Shown: positions 27,914-37,729, counted from the first letter of the stretch. The stretch: 57,788 bases of DNA from Pseudomonadota bacterium (GCA_041168985.1 JBEEKA010000318.1:1-57788); one strand, 5' to 3'. The notes: generated by a model not told the origin, from the letters alone. A program made the numbers and translations.

Positions 27914-30397
27914 TCAGCCGGGAATGGCGTCCAGCAGGCGCTGCGCTTCCTGCTTCTGGGAGTCATTTCCTTCCGCCAGCACCTCATTGAGGATGCTGCG
28001 GGCACCTTCCGGATCGCCCATGTCGATGTAGGCTCGCGCCAGATCCAGCTTCGTGCCGATTTCGCTGAGTGACGGCGCCTCCATCATCAGGGTGCTGTCG
28101 GCATCCGCCACGCTCACCGTCGCCCGATCGTCACCACCCAGGGGAGTCGCGTCCCCCATGCCCAGGGTTTCGGAATTGGGATCAAGAAGCTGCCATTCAC
28201 TGGTCGCACCAATGGACAGGGCGTCATCCGCCTGGCTCATTGGAGCACCCGCCAGGGCTGGGGGCAGCGGACGACTCAGGGTCCCGGCGGGATCCAGCCC
28301 CGGCATGATCGCCGTGCTGTCCGACAAGCCAAGAGCCTTCTCGAGTTGCGTGTCGCCGAGGGCCGGATGCAGGGCAGTATCGAGCGTGCCGATATCCAGC
28401 CCCATGTCGTCGAACGCCGCCAGTTCCTGCGTCTTGTCCGCCACGGCCGCCGGTGCGGGTTCCGAACCGGCGGGATGCGAAACCGGCGCTGCCTCAACCA
28501 AGGGTGCGTCGAGCGGGAAATCCAGGGTCGCGGGCTCAGCATCGCGTACCGGCGAAACCGGAAGGTCGAGGTCGACGCGGTTCTGGCCCCCTTCAAGATT
28601 GTGGTCGACGCTGAACGATGCAGGCTTCGACTCGGCACCACTGAACAGGGGTACCTCCGGCGCAAGCTGCCTGCCCATGATAAGGACCTTGTCCCATTCC
28701 CCCGCAGCGCCCTGATCCCGCGACTGGGACAGCTCAGTAGCCAGCGACACGAATTCGGCCTTGTTGCCCCAGACAAAAAGAATTTCCAGCAGCTTGAGCT
28801 TGAGGTCGCGGCGCTGCGGTTCGCGCTGCACGGACAGGCGGATCAGGTCCGCAGCCTGGTCGTACAGGCCATACGCCATGTGGAAATCGGCTTCTGAAAT
28901 CGGATCCGAATTGTCAGCGCCCGGCTTCAGGACCGGCAGTCGGGTGGATGACGTTTCCGACGCCGAAGTGACGGGCGCGTGATTTTCCTCCACGACGAAA
29001 CTCGCATCGCGCTGCGCCGACCTGTCAGGCTTCGCAACCGATTCGTTCGTGGCCGACGCCGGATGGTACGGCCTGACGTCGGTCACGGCGTGCGGATCAG
29101 ATGTATCTTCAACCGCCACATCAAGCGCCGTGGAAAGATCCACCGATTCCTCGCGACGTCGGCGAAGCGACCTCAGTCCGAAAAGCGCACCGGACAGGGC
29201 GAGCAGACCCGCCGGGAGATACCAGAGCGACTTGAGCAGGCTTGCCACCCCACCCGCTGCGGACGTTGCCGGCGACGGCTTGCTGGCTACCGGCTTCGAC
29301 ACAGGCTTCGGCGCCGGGATCGGGGCCGCGGCCGAATCAGCCGCAGGAGGGACATCGGACGCAGGAACTGGCGCTGCACCAGTTGGCTGGAGCTTCGCCA
29401 GTTCGGCCTGCCGCTTCTCGAGCTCGCGACGTGCGTCGGCGAGCTGTGTTTCGAGTTCGCTAAGGCGCTGCTGGAGCTGCTGCGCCCCCTGCGCCGCCTG
29501 GCTGACGGCCGCGCCGGCCGACGCACCCGTTGGTGCCGCAGTGGATTTCGTTTCCTGGGGAGGAACCAGACGAAGCTGATTGGCAGGCGACGCGGCCTGC
29601 GGGTCGCCGGACGCGCCACCCTGCCACGCGGCCGACTGCCGCCGGATCTCGGCTGTCGCCTCTGTCACCGGAATGGATGCCACGGTCGAGGCATCGGGCA
29701 GGCGCAGGACGGACCCCGAACGCAGCTGGTTCATGTTGCCGTCGAAGGCCGTCGGATTGCCGCGAAAGATCGCGACCATTGCCTGACGTCGCTCGGCCGT
29801 ACCGAACTGGCTGATGGCGATGCCGGAGAGCGTGTCACCACTCTTAACCCGGTAGTCACCGCCGGACTGGCTTGCCGCGGAAACATTCCGTTCGGAAACG
29901 GCTGCCGCGGGCGCCGCGGACCGCGTGATCTGTCCGCTGCGTTCCGCCGATCCGGTCGACGGTGCCGCAACGGGCGCGACGGGAGCCGTCGAGGGCGCCG
30001 TGAAAACCGGCGGGTCGAGCAGCACGCTGTATTCGCGCACCTGCCGCCCACGCCCATAATTCGCTTCGACGAGCACCGTGACGAACGGCTCGGTGATCGG
30101 CGCGTTGGACCGCAGCTGGATGAGGGTCCTGCCGCCGGATCCACGCGTGGTGCGGACGGTGATGCCGGACAGGAAAGCCGGGTAGTCGATGCCGTAGCGG
30201 GAGAAGGTGTCGCGCGACGCGAGCTGCACCTTCAGTCCCGCCAGCTCCTCGGCCGTCGCGCCGACAAGCTCGATCTCCGCGTCCAGCGGGGCGTTGAGCG
30301 AGGACTTGAGCTGGATGTCGCCCAGCCCCAAGGCGAAACCCGAACCAGGCAACGACGCCAAGAGGCTCGCCGCCGCGCCAAGGACTTTCTTGCGCAT
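27914..30397 (-). CDS. fimV: FimV-type peptidoglycan-binding polar-landmark / type IV pilus assembly protein
   Basis: 827 aa. It has a signal sequence and a FimV N-terminal domain (LGLGDIQLKSSLNAPLDAEIEL...REYSVLLDPP). It also has a LysM motif (YRVKSGDTLSGIA), a TM, a highly acidic region and the FimV C-terminal TPR-like motif (LDLARAYIDMGDPEGARSILNEVL). It sits between asd and truA. Confidence 0.85.
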   Translation of the reverse strand: MRKKVLGAAASLLASLPGSGFALGLGDIQLKSSLNAPLDAEIELVGATAEELAGLKVQLASRDTFSRYGIDYPAFLSGITVRTTRGSGGRTLIQLRSNAPITEPFVTVLVEANYGRGRQVREYSVLLDPPVFTAPSTAPVAPVAAPSTGSAERSGQITRSAAPAAAVSERNVSAASQSGGDYRVKSGDTLSGIAISQFGTAERRQAMVAIFRGNPTAFDGNMNQLRSGSVLRLPDASTVASIPVTEATAEIRRQSAAWQGGASGDPQAASPANQLRLVPPQETKSTAAPTGASAGAAVSQAAQGAQQLQQRLSELETQLADARRELEKRQAELAKLQPTGAAPVPASDVPPAADSAAAPIPAPKPVSKPVASKPSPATSAAGGVASLLKSLWYLPAGLLALSGALFGLRSLRRRREESVDLSTALDVAVEDTSDPHAVTDVRPYHPASATNESVAKPDRSAQRDASFVVEENHAPVTSASETSSTRLPVLKPGADNSDPISEADFHMAYGLYDQAADLIRLSVQREPQRRDLKLKLLEILFVWGNKAEFVSLATELSQSRDQGAAGEWDKVLIMGRQLAPEVPLFSGAESKPASFSVDHNLEGGQNRVDLDLPVSPVRDAEPATLDFPLDAPLVEAAPVSHPAGSEPAPAAVADKTQELAAFDDMGLDIGTLDTALHPALGDTQLEKALGLSDSTAIMPGLDPAGTLSRPLPPALAGAPMSQADDALSIGATSEWQLLDPNSETLGMGDATPLGGDDRATVSVADADSTLMMEAPSLSEIGTKLDLARAYIDMGDPEGARSILNEVLAEGNDSQKQEAQRLLDAIPG

Positions 30398-30446
30398 CTC
30401 GCTCCCTCAGGGGATTCCGTCCCCGCCGACACGATTCGATCGAAGT

Positions 30447-31469
30447 TTACAGGTACTCGCGAACGAGGATTTCCGCGATCTGGACGCTGTTCGTGGCAGC
30501 ACCCTTGCGGATGTTGTCCGACACCACCCAGAGGTTCAGCCCGCGCTCGTGTGAAATGTCCTCGCGGATACGCGACACGTAGGTCAGGTCATTGCCTGCG
30601 GCTTCCGTGACGGCCGTCGCCTGGCCACCCGGCTTTCGCTCGTCGACGACCTTCACGCCCGGCGCCTTTTCAAGCAGGGCACGCGCCTCGGCAGCAGTCA
30701 GCTTCTTGCGCGTTTCGATGTGCACGGCTTCGGAGTGGCCGAAGAACACCGGCACGCGGACCGCCGTCGCGTTCACGCGGATCGTCTTGTCTTCCATGAT
30801 CTTCTGGGTTTCCCAGAACATCTTCATCTCTTCCTTCGTGTAGCCGTTTTCCTCGAACTTGTCGATCTGCGGCACGCAATTGAAGGCAATCTGCTTCGCG
30901 ATGACCTTGGCTTCGACCGGACGGCCATTGAGCAGTTCGCCCGACTGGGTCGCCAGCTCTTCCACGGCTTCCTTGCCGGCACCGGACACGGACTGGTAGG
31001 TCGCGACGTTGATGCGCTCGATGCCGGCGGCATCGTGCAGCGGCTTCAGCGCCACCAGCATCTGGATCGTCGAGCAGTTCGGGTTCGCGATGATGCCGTG
31101 CTTGCGGTACTGCGCGATGGCGTGCGGATTCACCTCCGGAACGACAAGCGGGATCTCGTCGTGGTAGCGGAAGTGCGAGGTGTTGTCGATGACCACACAG
31201 CCCGCCGCCGCGGCGATCGGGGCGTACTTCGCGGACACGTCGCCACCGGCCGAGAACAGGCCAATGTCGGCCTTGGAGAAGTCGAAGCCATCGACGTCGA
31301 TGACGTCGTAGGTCTTGCCCTTGAACTTGACCGTCTTGCCGAGGGAACGGCTGCTCGCCAGCGGAAACAGTTCGCTGATGGGGAAATCGCGCTCCTCGAG
31401 CACGCTCAGCATGGTGTCGCCCACGAGGCCCGTGGCCCCCAGGACCGCAACTCTCCAACCCTTGCTCAT
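30447..31469 (-). CDS. asd: Aspartate-semialdehyde dehydrogenase
   Basis: Motifs are GATGLVG, NPNCSTI (active-site Cys) and RVPVFFGHSEAV. The track start is TTG at 31487. I prefer ATG at 31469, which has GAGAGGGA upstream. Confidence 0.94.
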   Translation of the reverse strand: MSKGWRVAVLGATGLVGDTMLSVLEERDFPISELFPLASSRSLGKTVKFKGKTYDVIDVDGFDFSKADIGLFSAGGDVSAKYAPIAAAAGCVVIDNTSHFRYHDEIPLVVPEVNPHAIAQYRKHGIIANPNCSTIQMLVALKPLHDAAGIERINVATYQSVSGAGKEAVEELATQSGELLNGRPVEAKVIAKQIAFNCVPQIDKFEENGYTKEEMKMFWETQKIMEDKTIRVNATAVRVPVFFGHSEAVHIETRKKLTAAEARALLEKAPGVKVVDERKPGGQATAVTEAAGNDLTYVSRIREDISHERGLNLWVVSDNIRKGAATNSVQIAEILVREYL

Positions 31470-31505
31470 CTCGTCCCTCTCAATCAATTCGCTTTTGAAA
31501 ATGGC

Positions 31506-32591
31506 TCAGATACGCGGCGTGGATGATCGCACATCCGCGTTTTGCGCCCTGTGACGCAGGTAATGGTCGGTCAACACCAGTGCGAGCATGGCTTCGCAGA
31601 TCGGCGTCGCCCGGAGTCCCACGCAAGGATCGTGGCGACCGGTGGTGACCACGTCGACCGGCTCACCGGCGACATTGATGGTCCGACCCGGCACCTGGAT
31701 GCTCGAAGTGGGCTTGAAGGTCGTATGCACGACGACGTCCTGCCCGGAGGAAATACCGCCGAGCACGCCCCCGGAGTGATTGGACGAAAAGCCGGCTGGC
31801 GTCAGCTCATCGCGGTGTTCGCTGCCCCGCTGGGACGCCACTGCCACGCCGTCGCCGATTTCAACGGCCTTCACGGCGTTGATGCCCATCATCGCGTGGG
31901 CGAGGTCCGCATCGAGCCGGTCGAACACCGGCTCGCCGAGGCCGGCCGGCACGCCACGCGCAACGACGGTCACCTTGGCACCGACGGAGTCTTTCGCCTC
32001 GCGGATCTGCCAGAGGTAATCCTCCAGTTCCTGTACACGGTCCGGGTCCGGGCAGAAGAAGGGGTTGTCGTAGGCCGCGGCCGGATCCCGGGGCGCCAGC
32101 ACATGGGGACCGACCTGGCTGACGTAGCCTGAAATCCGCACGCCGAGCCGCGTGGCGAGGAACTTGCGGGCAATGGCGCCAGCCGCCACGCGCATGACCG
32201 TTTCGCGTGCGGACGAACGACCGCCGCCGCGGTAATCGCGGACACCGTATTTCTGCTGGTAGGTGTAATCCGCGTGGCCGGGCCGGAAGCGGTCCTTGAT
32301 CTTGTCGTAATCGCGGGAACGCTGGTCCGTATTCTCGATCAGAAGGCCGATGGGCGTTCCGGTGGTCACGCCTTCGAACACGCCCGACAGGATGCGGATG
32401 GCGTCAGCCTCCTTGCGCTGGCTGACGAATTTGGAGACGCCGGTGCGGCGACGGTCGATGTCCGCCTGCAGGTCAACCTCCGTAATCGGCAAACCCGGAG
32501 GACAGCCATCGATGATGGCGCCCAGACCCGGACCGTGGCTTTCGCCGAACGTCGTGACGACGAAGGACCTGCCGATGCTGTTGCCGGACAC
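31506..32591 (-). CDS. aroC: Chorismate synthase
   Basis: 361 aa. Motifs are [16 protein letters not shown] and GRHDPCV. Confidence 0.97.
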   Translation of the reverse strand: MSGNSIGRSFVVTTFGESHGPGLGAIIDGCPPGLPITEVDLQADIDRRRTGVSKFVSQRKEADAIRILSGVFEGVTTGTPIGLLIENTDQRSRDYDKIKDRFRPGHADYTYQQKYGVRDYRGGGRSSARETVMRVAAGAIARKFLATRLGVRISGYVSQVGPHVLAPRDPAAAYDNPFFCPDPDRVQELEDYLWQIREAKDSVGAKVTVVARGVPAGLGEPVFDRLDADLAHAMMGINAVKAVEIGDGVAVASQRGSEHRDELTPAGFSSNHSGGVLGGISSGQDVVVHTTFKPTSSIQVPGRTINVAGEPVDVVTTGRHDPCVGLRATPICEAMLALVLTDHYLRHRAQNADVRSSTPRI

Positions 32592-32609
32592 GTGAGCTTG
32601 AACCTTCTG

Positions 32610-33545
32610 TTAACCCATCCTGCGCAAATCCGCCGCGGTGATCAGGAACACACCGCCGCCGCCGCGAGCGAACTCGAGCCAGAGGAACGGCCAGTCGCGG
32701 AACTGGCGGCGCACCGTGGTTTCGGTGTTTCCCACCTCGACGACGAGCAGTCCCGTCGGCGAAAGGAACCGCTGCGCGTCGCGCAGCAACACCCTGACGG
32801 CATCCAACCCGTCGCGCCCCGAACGCAGCGCCCCTTCGGGTTCATGCGCATATTCCGCCGGCAAGCCCTTGAATTCAGACGTGCCGACGTAGGGCGGATT
32901 GCTGACAATAATATCGTAAGGAGGACCTTTCAGGGCGCTGAAGTAGTCCGACTCGATGAGTCGCAAGCGCTTTTCCAGCCCATAGGCCTTGCGGTTGACC
33001 CTCGCGACCTCGAGGGCGTCCGGGGAAATATCGACCGCATCCACCTTCGCCTTCGGGAAGGCCAGCGCGCAGCCGATCGCAATGCAACCAGAACCGGTGC
33101 CAACGTCAAGGATGCGTCGCACCTTGTCGGGCTCCACCCAGGGTTCGAAGCGGGTTTCGATCAGTTCGGCAATCGGCGAGCGCGGGATGAGCGCCCGCTC
33201 ATCCACGTACATCGGCAGTCCGCAGAACCAGATCCGCCGGGTCAGGTAGACCGCCGGAATCCGCTCTTTGATGCGACGCGTCACCAACGCTTCAATCGCG
33301 AGGCGCTCCCGGGCAGAGGGTCGGCGGGCGAGATCCTTCTCGGTAACCCCGTCCTCAAGTCCCAGCACGTGGAAGACGAGCGCAGCCGCGTCGTCCCGCG
33401 CGTTGTCCGTCCCGTGCCCGTAGTGCAGTTTCGCCGCGGCGAGCCGCCGCGTGGCCCGGCGCCAGATTTCGCCCACCGTGGGTGGCACGGGTCGGCTTCG
33501 CGTCCGGCTGTGGGATACTTCAGGCATGTTTACGAGACGCTCCAT
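32610..33545 (-). CDS. prmB: 50S ribosomal protein L3 N5-glutamine methyltransferase
   Basis: Motifs are HYGHGTDNARDDA, ILDVGTGSGCIAI and the NPPY motif (VSNPPYV). It aligns by eye with E. coli PrmB. The start is ambiguous: ATG at 33545, 33527 or further upstream to 33644. All options abut or overlap the divergent sco1 start. Confidence 0.88.
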   Translation of the reverse strand: MERLVNMPEVSHSRTRSRPVPPTVGEIWRRATRRLAAAKLHYGHGTDNARDDAAALVFHVLGLEDGVTEKDLARRPSARERLAIEALVTRRIKERIPAVYLTRRIWFCGLPMYVDERALIPRSPIAELIETRFEPWVEPDKVRRILDVGTGSGCIAIGCALAFPKAKVDAVDISPDALEVARVNRKAYGLEKRLRLIESDYFSALKGPPYDIIVSNPPYVGTSEFKGLPAEYAHEPEGALRSGRDGLDAVRVLLRDAQRFLSPTGLLVVEVGNTETTVRRQFRDWPFLWLEFARGGGGVFLITAADLRRMG

Positions 33546-34143
33546 CGTGTTACTGATCGCCATCGCCCTGGCGGCCGCATTGGGGGGCGCCATGGTGGCG
33601 CGCCAGATGGGCCGCAATCCGGGCGTGGCCTTGCAGGGTGGCACCTATTTTGCCGAACCGCGGTCAATCCGCGACTTCCGTCTGACGGACCAGGACGGGA
33701 ACCCGTTCGGCGCCGACCGGCTGAACGGTTCACCCAGCCTGTTGTTCTTCGGCTTCACGCATTGCCCGGACGTCTGTCCGACCACGCTGGCCATGCTGAC
33801 CGGACTCGAACGCCGAGCACCCATCCCGGGACTGCGCACGATTTTCGTGTCGGTCGATCCGGACCGGGACGACACCCGCCTGGTGAACCAGTACGTCCGG
33901 GCCTTCAGCCCACGGATGATCGGCCTGCGAGGTTCGGTCGACCAGCTGGAGCCGCTGATGGGCAGCCTGACGGCCGTACGCGCCATCCAGGCAACACCCG
34001 GCGGCGGCTACTCCGTCGACCACTCGTCGACACTGTATCTCATCGATGGCCGGGGCAGGCTTGCGGCCGTTTTCACACCACCGTTTTCCCTTGCCTTGCT
34101 CGAGTCGGACCTCAAGCTCGCGGCGCGGAACCTGGAGCAGTAA
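33526..34143 (+). CDS. SCO1/SenC family copper chaperone / thiol-disulfide protein
   Basis: Trimmed to ATG 33526. It has an N-terminal membrane anchor (MFTRRSIVLLIAIALAAALGG), the CxxxC motif FGFTHCPDVCP, and the conserved His in VDHSSTLYLID. Confidence 0.85.
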   Translation: MFTRRSIVLLIAIALAAALGGAMVARQMGRNPGVALQGGTYFAEPRSIRDFRLTDQDGNPFGADRLNGSPSLLFFGFTHCPDVCPTTLAMLTGLERRAPIPGLRTIFVSVDPDRDDTRLVNQYVRAFSPRMIGLRGSVDQLEPLMGSLTAVRAIQATPGGGYSVDHSSTLYLIDGRGRLAAVFTPPFSLALLESDLKLAARNLEQ

Positions 34144-35015
34144 TGGGTCTGTTTGTCGGCATGCAGCATGTTCTGCCCCAGCATTTGTTTTCCCGTGTGG
34201 TACTGGCTGCGACCCGTATCCGCGTCCCGCTCGTCAAGGACGCGCTGATCGGCGCCTTCCTAAAGGGGTATTCCCCCGACATGGGGGATGCCATCGAGCC
34301 GGACCCGCACGCCTATGGAAGCTTCAACGACTTCTTCACGCGTGCGCTGCGCGATGGCGCGCGTCCGATCGCGGCGGGCACCGATGTACTGGCCAGCCCG
34401 GTTGATGGAACCGTCAGCCAGGCAGGCCCGATCAAGGGCAACCAGATCTTCCAGGCCAAGGGCCATGAATACAGCCTCGAGGCACTGCTGGCAGGTGCGG
34501 CGGCCGAATGGGCGCCGGCGTTCCGTGACGGCAGCTTCGCGACCATTTACCTCGCGCCCTACAACTACCACCGCATCCATATGCCGCTGGAAGGCACGCT
34601 GCGCGAAACCTGGTTCGTGCCGGGACGGCTCTTCAGCGTCAATGCCGCGACGGCGGCCGGCGTGCCGGGACTCTTTGCGCGAAACGAACGGCTGGTCTGC
34701 CTGTTCGACGGCCCGGCGGGTCCCTATGCCGTGATCCTGGTCGGGGCCCTGTTCGTGGGCAGCATGGGAACCGTCTGGCATGGCGATGCCCTCCCCCACC
34801 GCAGCGGCAGACCCTTCAAACTGCCGCTGAACCCGACAGGCGCTGCGCTCACCCAGCCCAAGGGTGCCGAACTGGGTCGCTTCAACATGGGCTCCACGGT
34901 GATCCTGCTTTTCGGCAAGGACCGTGCGGAACTCCTGTCCCGTTGCGTAAACGGGAAAACGGTCCGCATGGGCGAAGCGCTGGGACGGATGCGCACCGAC
35001 CCCGCGGCCACGTGA
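34143..35015 (+). CDS. psd: Phosphatidylserine decarboxylase proenzyme
   Basis: This is the last 290 codons of the 913-aa track ORF. ATG 34143 overlaps the sco1 stop (TAATG). Motifs are FNDFFTR, YLAPYNYHRIHMP and the self-cleavage site FNMGSTV. Confidence 0.92.
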   Translation: MGLFVGMQHVLPQHLFSRVVLAATRIRVPLVKDALIGAFLKGYSPDMGDAIEPDPHAYGSFNDFFTRALRDGARPIAAGTDVLASPVDGTVSQAGPIKGNQIFQAKGHEYSLEALLAGAAAEWAPAFRDGSFATIYLAPYNYHRIHMPLEGTLRETWFVPGRLFSVNAATAAGVPGLFARNERLVCLFDGPAGPYAVILVGALFVGSMGTVWHGDALPHRSGRPFKLPLNPTGAALTQPKGAELGRFNMGSTVILLFGKDRAELLSRCVNGKTVRMGEALGRMRTDPAAT

Positions 35016-35986
35016 TGTCGGACTGGCGGCCTTCCGCGACCCGCGACGCGCTTGCGAAGCGGGCCAGGCTGCTGGCGCTGACCCGGAGTTTCTTCGCGGC
35101 GCGAGGCGTGCTGGAGGTCGAAACCCCGGCCCTCTGCGCAGCGGCCACCAGCGACCCGCAGATCCAGTCGTTCGCCGTTCCGGCGACTGCCGGCATGCAC
35201 GCGGCTTATCTGCACACCTCGCCCGAGTATGCGATGAAGCGCCTGCTCGCAGCAGGCAGCGGCGACATCTACCAGCTCTGCAAGGTATTCCGTGCGGAAG
35301 AGCGCAGTGGCCAGCACAACCCGGAATTCACGCTGCTCGAGTGGTATCGCCTGGGATTCTCGCTCGATGCCTTGATGACCGAGACGGCGGGGCTCGCACA
35401 GGAACTGCTGGCGGCCCACGGTGGCGGCCGGAGGCGGATCGAATCGCTGGCCTACCGAGACGCATTCCAGTCCCGTTTGTCGATCGACCCATTCTTCGCG
35501 GACTTCGACGTGCTGTCGGCCTGCGCCCGGGACTATGGCCTGTCCGAAGGGAGCATTGCCACGGCCACCCGCGACGAACTGCTGGATTTCCTCGTCGCCA
35601 CACAGGTCGGCCCGACACTGGGGCGCGACTCGCTGTGCTGCCTGCACCACTACCCGGCTTCACAGGCTTCCCTGGCACAGCTCGATGCCGAGGAACCGGG
35701 AACCGCGCTTCGCTTCGAGTTGTATGCCGAAGGGGTCGAGCTGGCAAACGGCTACGTGGAACTCGGCGACCCCGACGAGCAGCGGCGCCGCTTCGACGCC
35801 GACCGGCGCGAGCGGCTGCGACGCGGCCTTGCGCCCCATGCCGGAGACGAGCGGCTGCTGGCCGCGCTGCAGTCCGGATTGCCGTACTGTGCCGGCGTCG
35901 CGATGGGATTCGACAGGATCGTCATGCTCGCGCTGGGCGAGAAGCGGATCGACGCGGTGATGTCCTTCACCGCCGAAGGGGCCTGA
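35015..35986 (+). CDS. epmA: EF-P--(R)-beta-lysine ligase (PoxA/GenX)
   Basis: Trimmed to ATG 35015, which shares one nucleotide with the psd stop (GTGATG). It has class II LysRS-like motifs: FFAARGVLEVETPAL, FRAEE..QHNPEFTLLEWY, GVAMGFDR. Confidence 0.9.
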   Translation: MSDWRPSATRDALAKRARLLALTRSFFAARGVLEVETPALCAAATSDPQIQSFAVPATAGMHAAYLHTSPEYAMKRLLAAGSGDIYQLCKVFRAEERSGQHNPEFTLLEWYRLGFSLDALMTETAGLAQELLAAHGGGRRRIESLAYRDAFQSRLSIDPFFADFDVLSACARDYGLSEGSIATATRDELLDFLVATQVGPTLGRDSLCCLHHYPASQASLAQLDAEEPGTALRFELYAEGVELANGYVELGDPDEQRRRFDADRRERLRRGLAPHAGDERLLAALQSGLPYCAGVAMGFDRIVMLALGEKRIDAVMSFTAEGA

Positions 35987-36000
35987 GGCCCCTGCAGGGT

Positions 36001-36025
36001 CCGGCGCAGGAATGATCCGCGCCGG
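36001..36025. terminator. Possible bidirectional stem-loop between convergent epmA and efp
   Basis: CCGGCGC (36001-36007) and GCGCCGG (36019-36025) form a perfect 7-bp stem with an 11-nt loop. No clear U-tract is present on either strand. Confidence 0.3.
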
Positions 36026-36039
36026 CCCCGGCGGCCGCC

Positions 36040-36606
36040 TTACTTGGCGCGGCCGATGTACTCGCCGGTACGCGTATCGATCTTCAGGATTTCGCCTTCG
36101 CTGATGAACAGCGGCACGCGAACCACGGCACCCGTTTCGAGCTTGGCCGGCTTCTGGCCGCCCTGGGCCGTATCGCCCTTCAGGCCCGGATCGGTTTCAA
36201 CGACCTTCAGGTCGATATGGGCCGGCGGCATGACGACGAGCGGCACGCCATTCCACAGCGTGACGATGCAACTGATGCCTTCCTTGAGCCACTTCTCGTT
36301 TTCGCCAACCGCTTCCTTGCCGGCCGCATACTGCTCGAAATTGTCGGGCACCATGAAGTGGAAGAAGTCGCCGTCCGAGTACAGGTACTGCATGTCGGTA
36401 TCGACGACGTCCGCCGCCTCGACGCTGTCGCCGGACTTCCAGGTCTTCTCGACCGTACGGCCCGTCTTCAGGTTGCGGACGCGCACGCGGTTGAAAGCCT
36501 GGCCCTTGCCCGGCTTCACCATCTCGTTCTCGACGATCACGTAGGGATCCTTGTCGATGAGGATCTTGAGGCCCGACTTGAATTCGCTGGTGTTGTAGCT
36601 GCCCAT
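36040..36606 (-). CDS. efp: Elongation factor P
   Basis: 188 aa. The modification loop VKPGKGQAF carries the Lys-type residue, which is compatible with beta-lysylation. Confidence 0.97.
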   Translation of the reverse strand: MGSYNTSEFKSGLKILIDKDPYVIVENEMVKPGKGQAFNRVRVRNLKTGRTVEKTWKSGDSVEAADVVDTDMQYLYSDGDFFHFMVPDNFEQYAAGKEAVGENEKWLKEGISCIVTLWNGVPLVVMPPAHIDLKVVETDPGLKGDTAQGGQKPAKLETGAVVRVPLFISEGEILKIDTRTGEYIGRAK

Positions 36607-36637
36607 GGGCTGTTTCCGCTTCTATCCGGATGATTGC

Positions 36638-36654
36638 GGCGGCAGAATGCCGCC
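36638..36654. other. Short GC stem-loop in the divergent efp/epmB intergenic region
   Basis: GGCGGCA-GAA-TGCCGCC, a perfect 7-bp stem with a 3-nt loop, read directly from the sequence. Confidence 0.3.
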
Positions 36655-36672
36655 ACATGAAAAAGGCCGCGT

Positions 36673-37713
36673 ATGGTAACGAATAGCCTCCCGGACCGCC
36701 ACCGCGACGTCCCCGCGACCTGGCAGCAGGAAATGGCGGCCGCGGTCAGCGACCCCGTCGAACTGCTCAAGATGCTGGGACTCCGTCCGGAACAACTGGA
36801 TCCGGCCGGTCGCGCGGGATTCGAAGCGGCGACGGCGTCATTCCCCCTGCGCGTGCCACGCGCCTTCGTGGCGCGGATGCGCCGAGGCGATCCCGGGGAC
36901 CCTTTGCTGAGACAGGTCATGGCTCTTCCAGCGGAACTGGATGACGTGCCGGGGTACTCGTCGGATCCGCTCGAGGAAAACGCGGCACGCCGCGCACCCG
37001 GCATCCTGCAGAAGTACCGCGGCCGCGCGCTGCTGGTGGCCACCGGCGCCTGCGCAATCCATTGCCGTTACTGCTTCCGCCGCGATTATGACTACGCCGC
37101 CGACACCGGGGCCGATAAGCGCTGGGAGGAGGCGTTTCGCGCAGTGGCGGAGACGCCGGACATCGAGGAACTGATCCTGAGTGGTGGCGATCCCCTTTCG
37201 CTGTCCAATGCACGCCTGGGCACCCTGTTCCGGCGCGCGGCCGGCATGCCCCAGCTGCGGCGGCTCCGGATCCATACGCGGAATCCCATCGTGCTGCCCT
37301 CACGCGTCGACGACGGCCTTGTGGAGCTGCTCAGGCGCTCCGCGTTGCCCGTGGCGATCGTCGTGCACGCGAACCACGCAGCCGAGATCGACGATTCGGT
37401 GCGTACGGCCCTGCGCCGCCTGCGGGAATCAGGCACCGCCTTGCTGAACCAGTCCGTGTTGCTGGCGGGCGTCAACGACGACGTGGAGGCCCTGGCGGAC
37501 TTGTCCCACAGCCTGTTCGAGGCCGGCGTCCTGCCCTACTACCTGCACGCGCCGGATCGCATCCGGGGCACGGCACACTTCGCCGTCGACGACGCCCGGG
37601 CCCGCGGTCTGCTGCGCGATCTGGCGGCCCGGATGCCCGGATACCTGGTGCCCCGGCTCGTGCGCGAAGAGCCCGGCAAGCCGGGAAAGACCTTGCTGGC
37701 GCCAGCCGACTGA
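36673..37713 (+). CDS. epmB: EF-P beta-lysylation protein EpmB (lysine 2,3-aminomutase-like radical SAM)
   Basis: 346 aa. It has the radical-SAM cluster motif CAIHCRYCFRR and is divergent from efp, as in E. coli (yjeK). Confidence 0.9.
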   Translation: MVTNSLPDRHRDVPATWQQEMAAAVSDPVELLKMLGLRPEQLDPAGRAGFEAATASFPLRVPRAFVARMRRGDPGDPLLRQVMALPAELDDVPGYSSDPLEENAARRAPGILQKYRGRALLVATGACAIHCRYCFRRDYDYAADTGADKRWEEAFRAVAETPDIEELILSGGDPLSLSNARLGTLFRRAAGMPQLRRLRIHTRNPIVLPSRVDDGLVELLRRSALPVAIVVHANHAAEIDDSVRTALRRLRESGTALLNQSVLLAGVNDDVEALADLSHSLFEAGVLPYYLHAPDRIRGTAHFAVDDARARGLLRDLAARMPGYLVPRLVREEPGKPGKTLLAPAD

Positions 37714-37729
37714 CCGCACGAAACGGGCA

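Noticed and set aside
24880-28072. Three long plus-strand ORFs (24880..26250, 26196..27575, 26636..28072) antisense to folC, accD and truA
   Set aside because: They are shadow ORFs with no motifs, and the minus-strand genes are unambiguous.
28979-30610. 543-aa plus-strand ORF antisense to fimV
   Set aside because: It is an Arg-rich shadow. The FimV frame shows a signal peptide, LysM, TM and the conserved C-terminal motif.
32274-34142. The first 623 codons of the 913-aa plus-strand ORF 32274..35015
   Set aside because: This part is antisense to aroC and prmB and out of frame with sco1, and its sequence is Arg/Pro-rich. Only the last 290 codons (psd) look like a protein.
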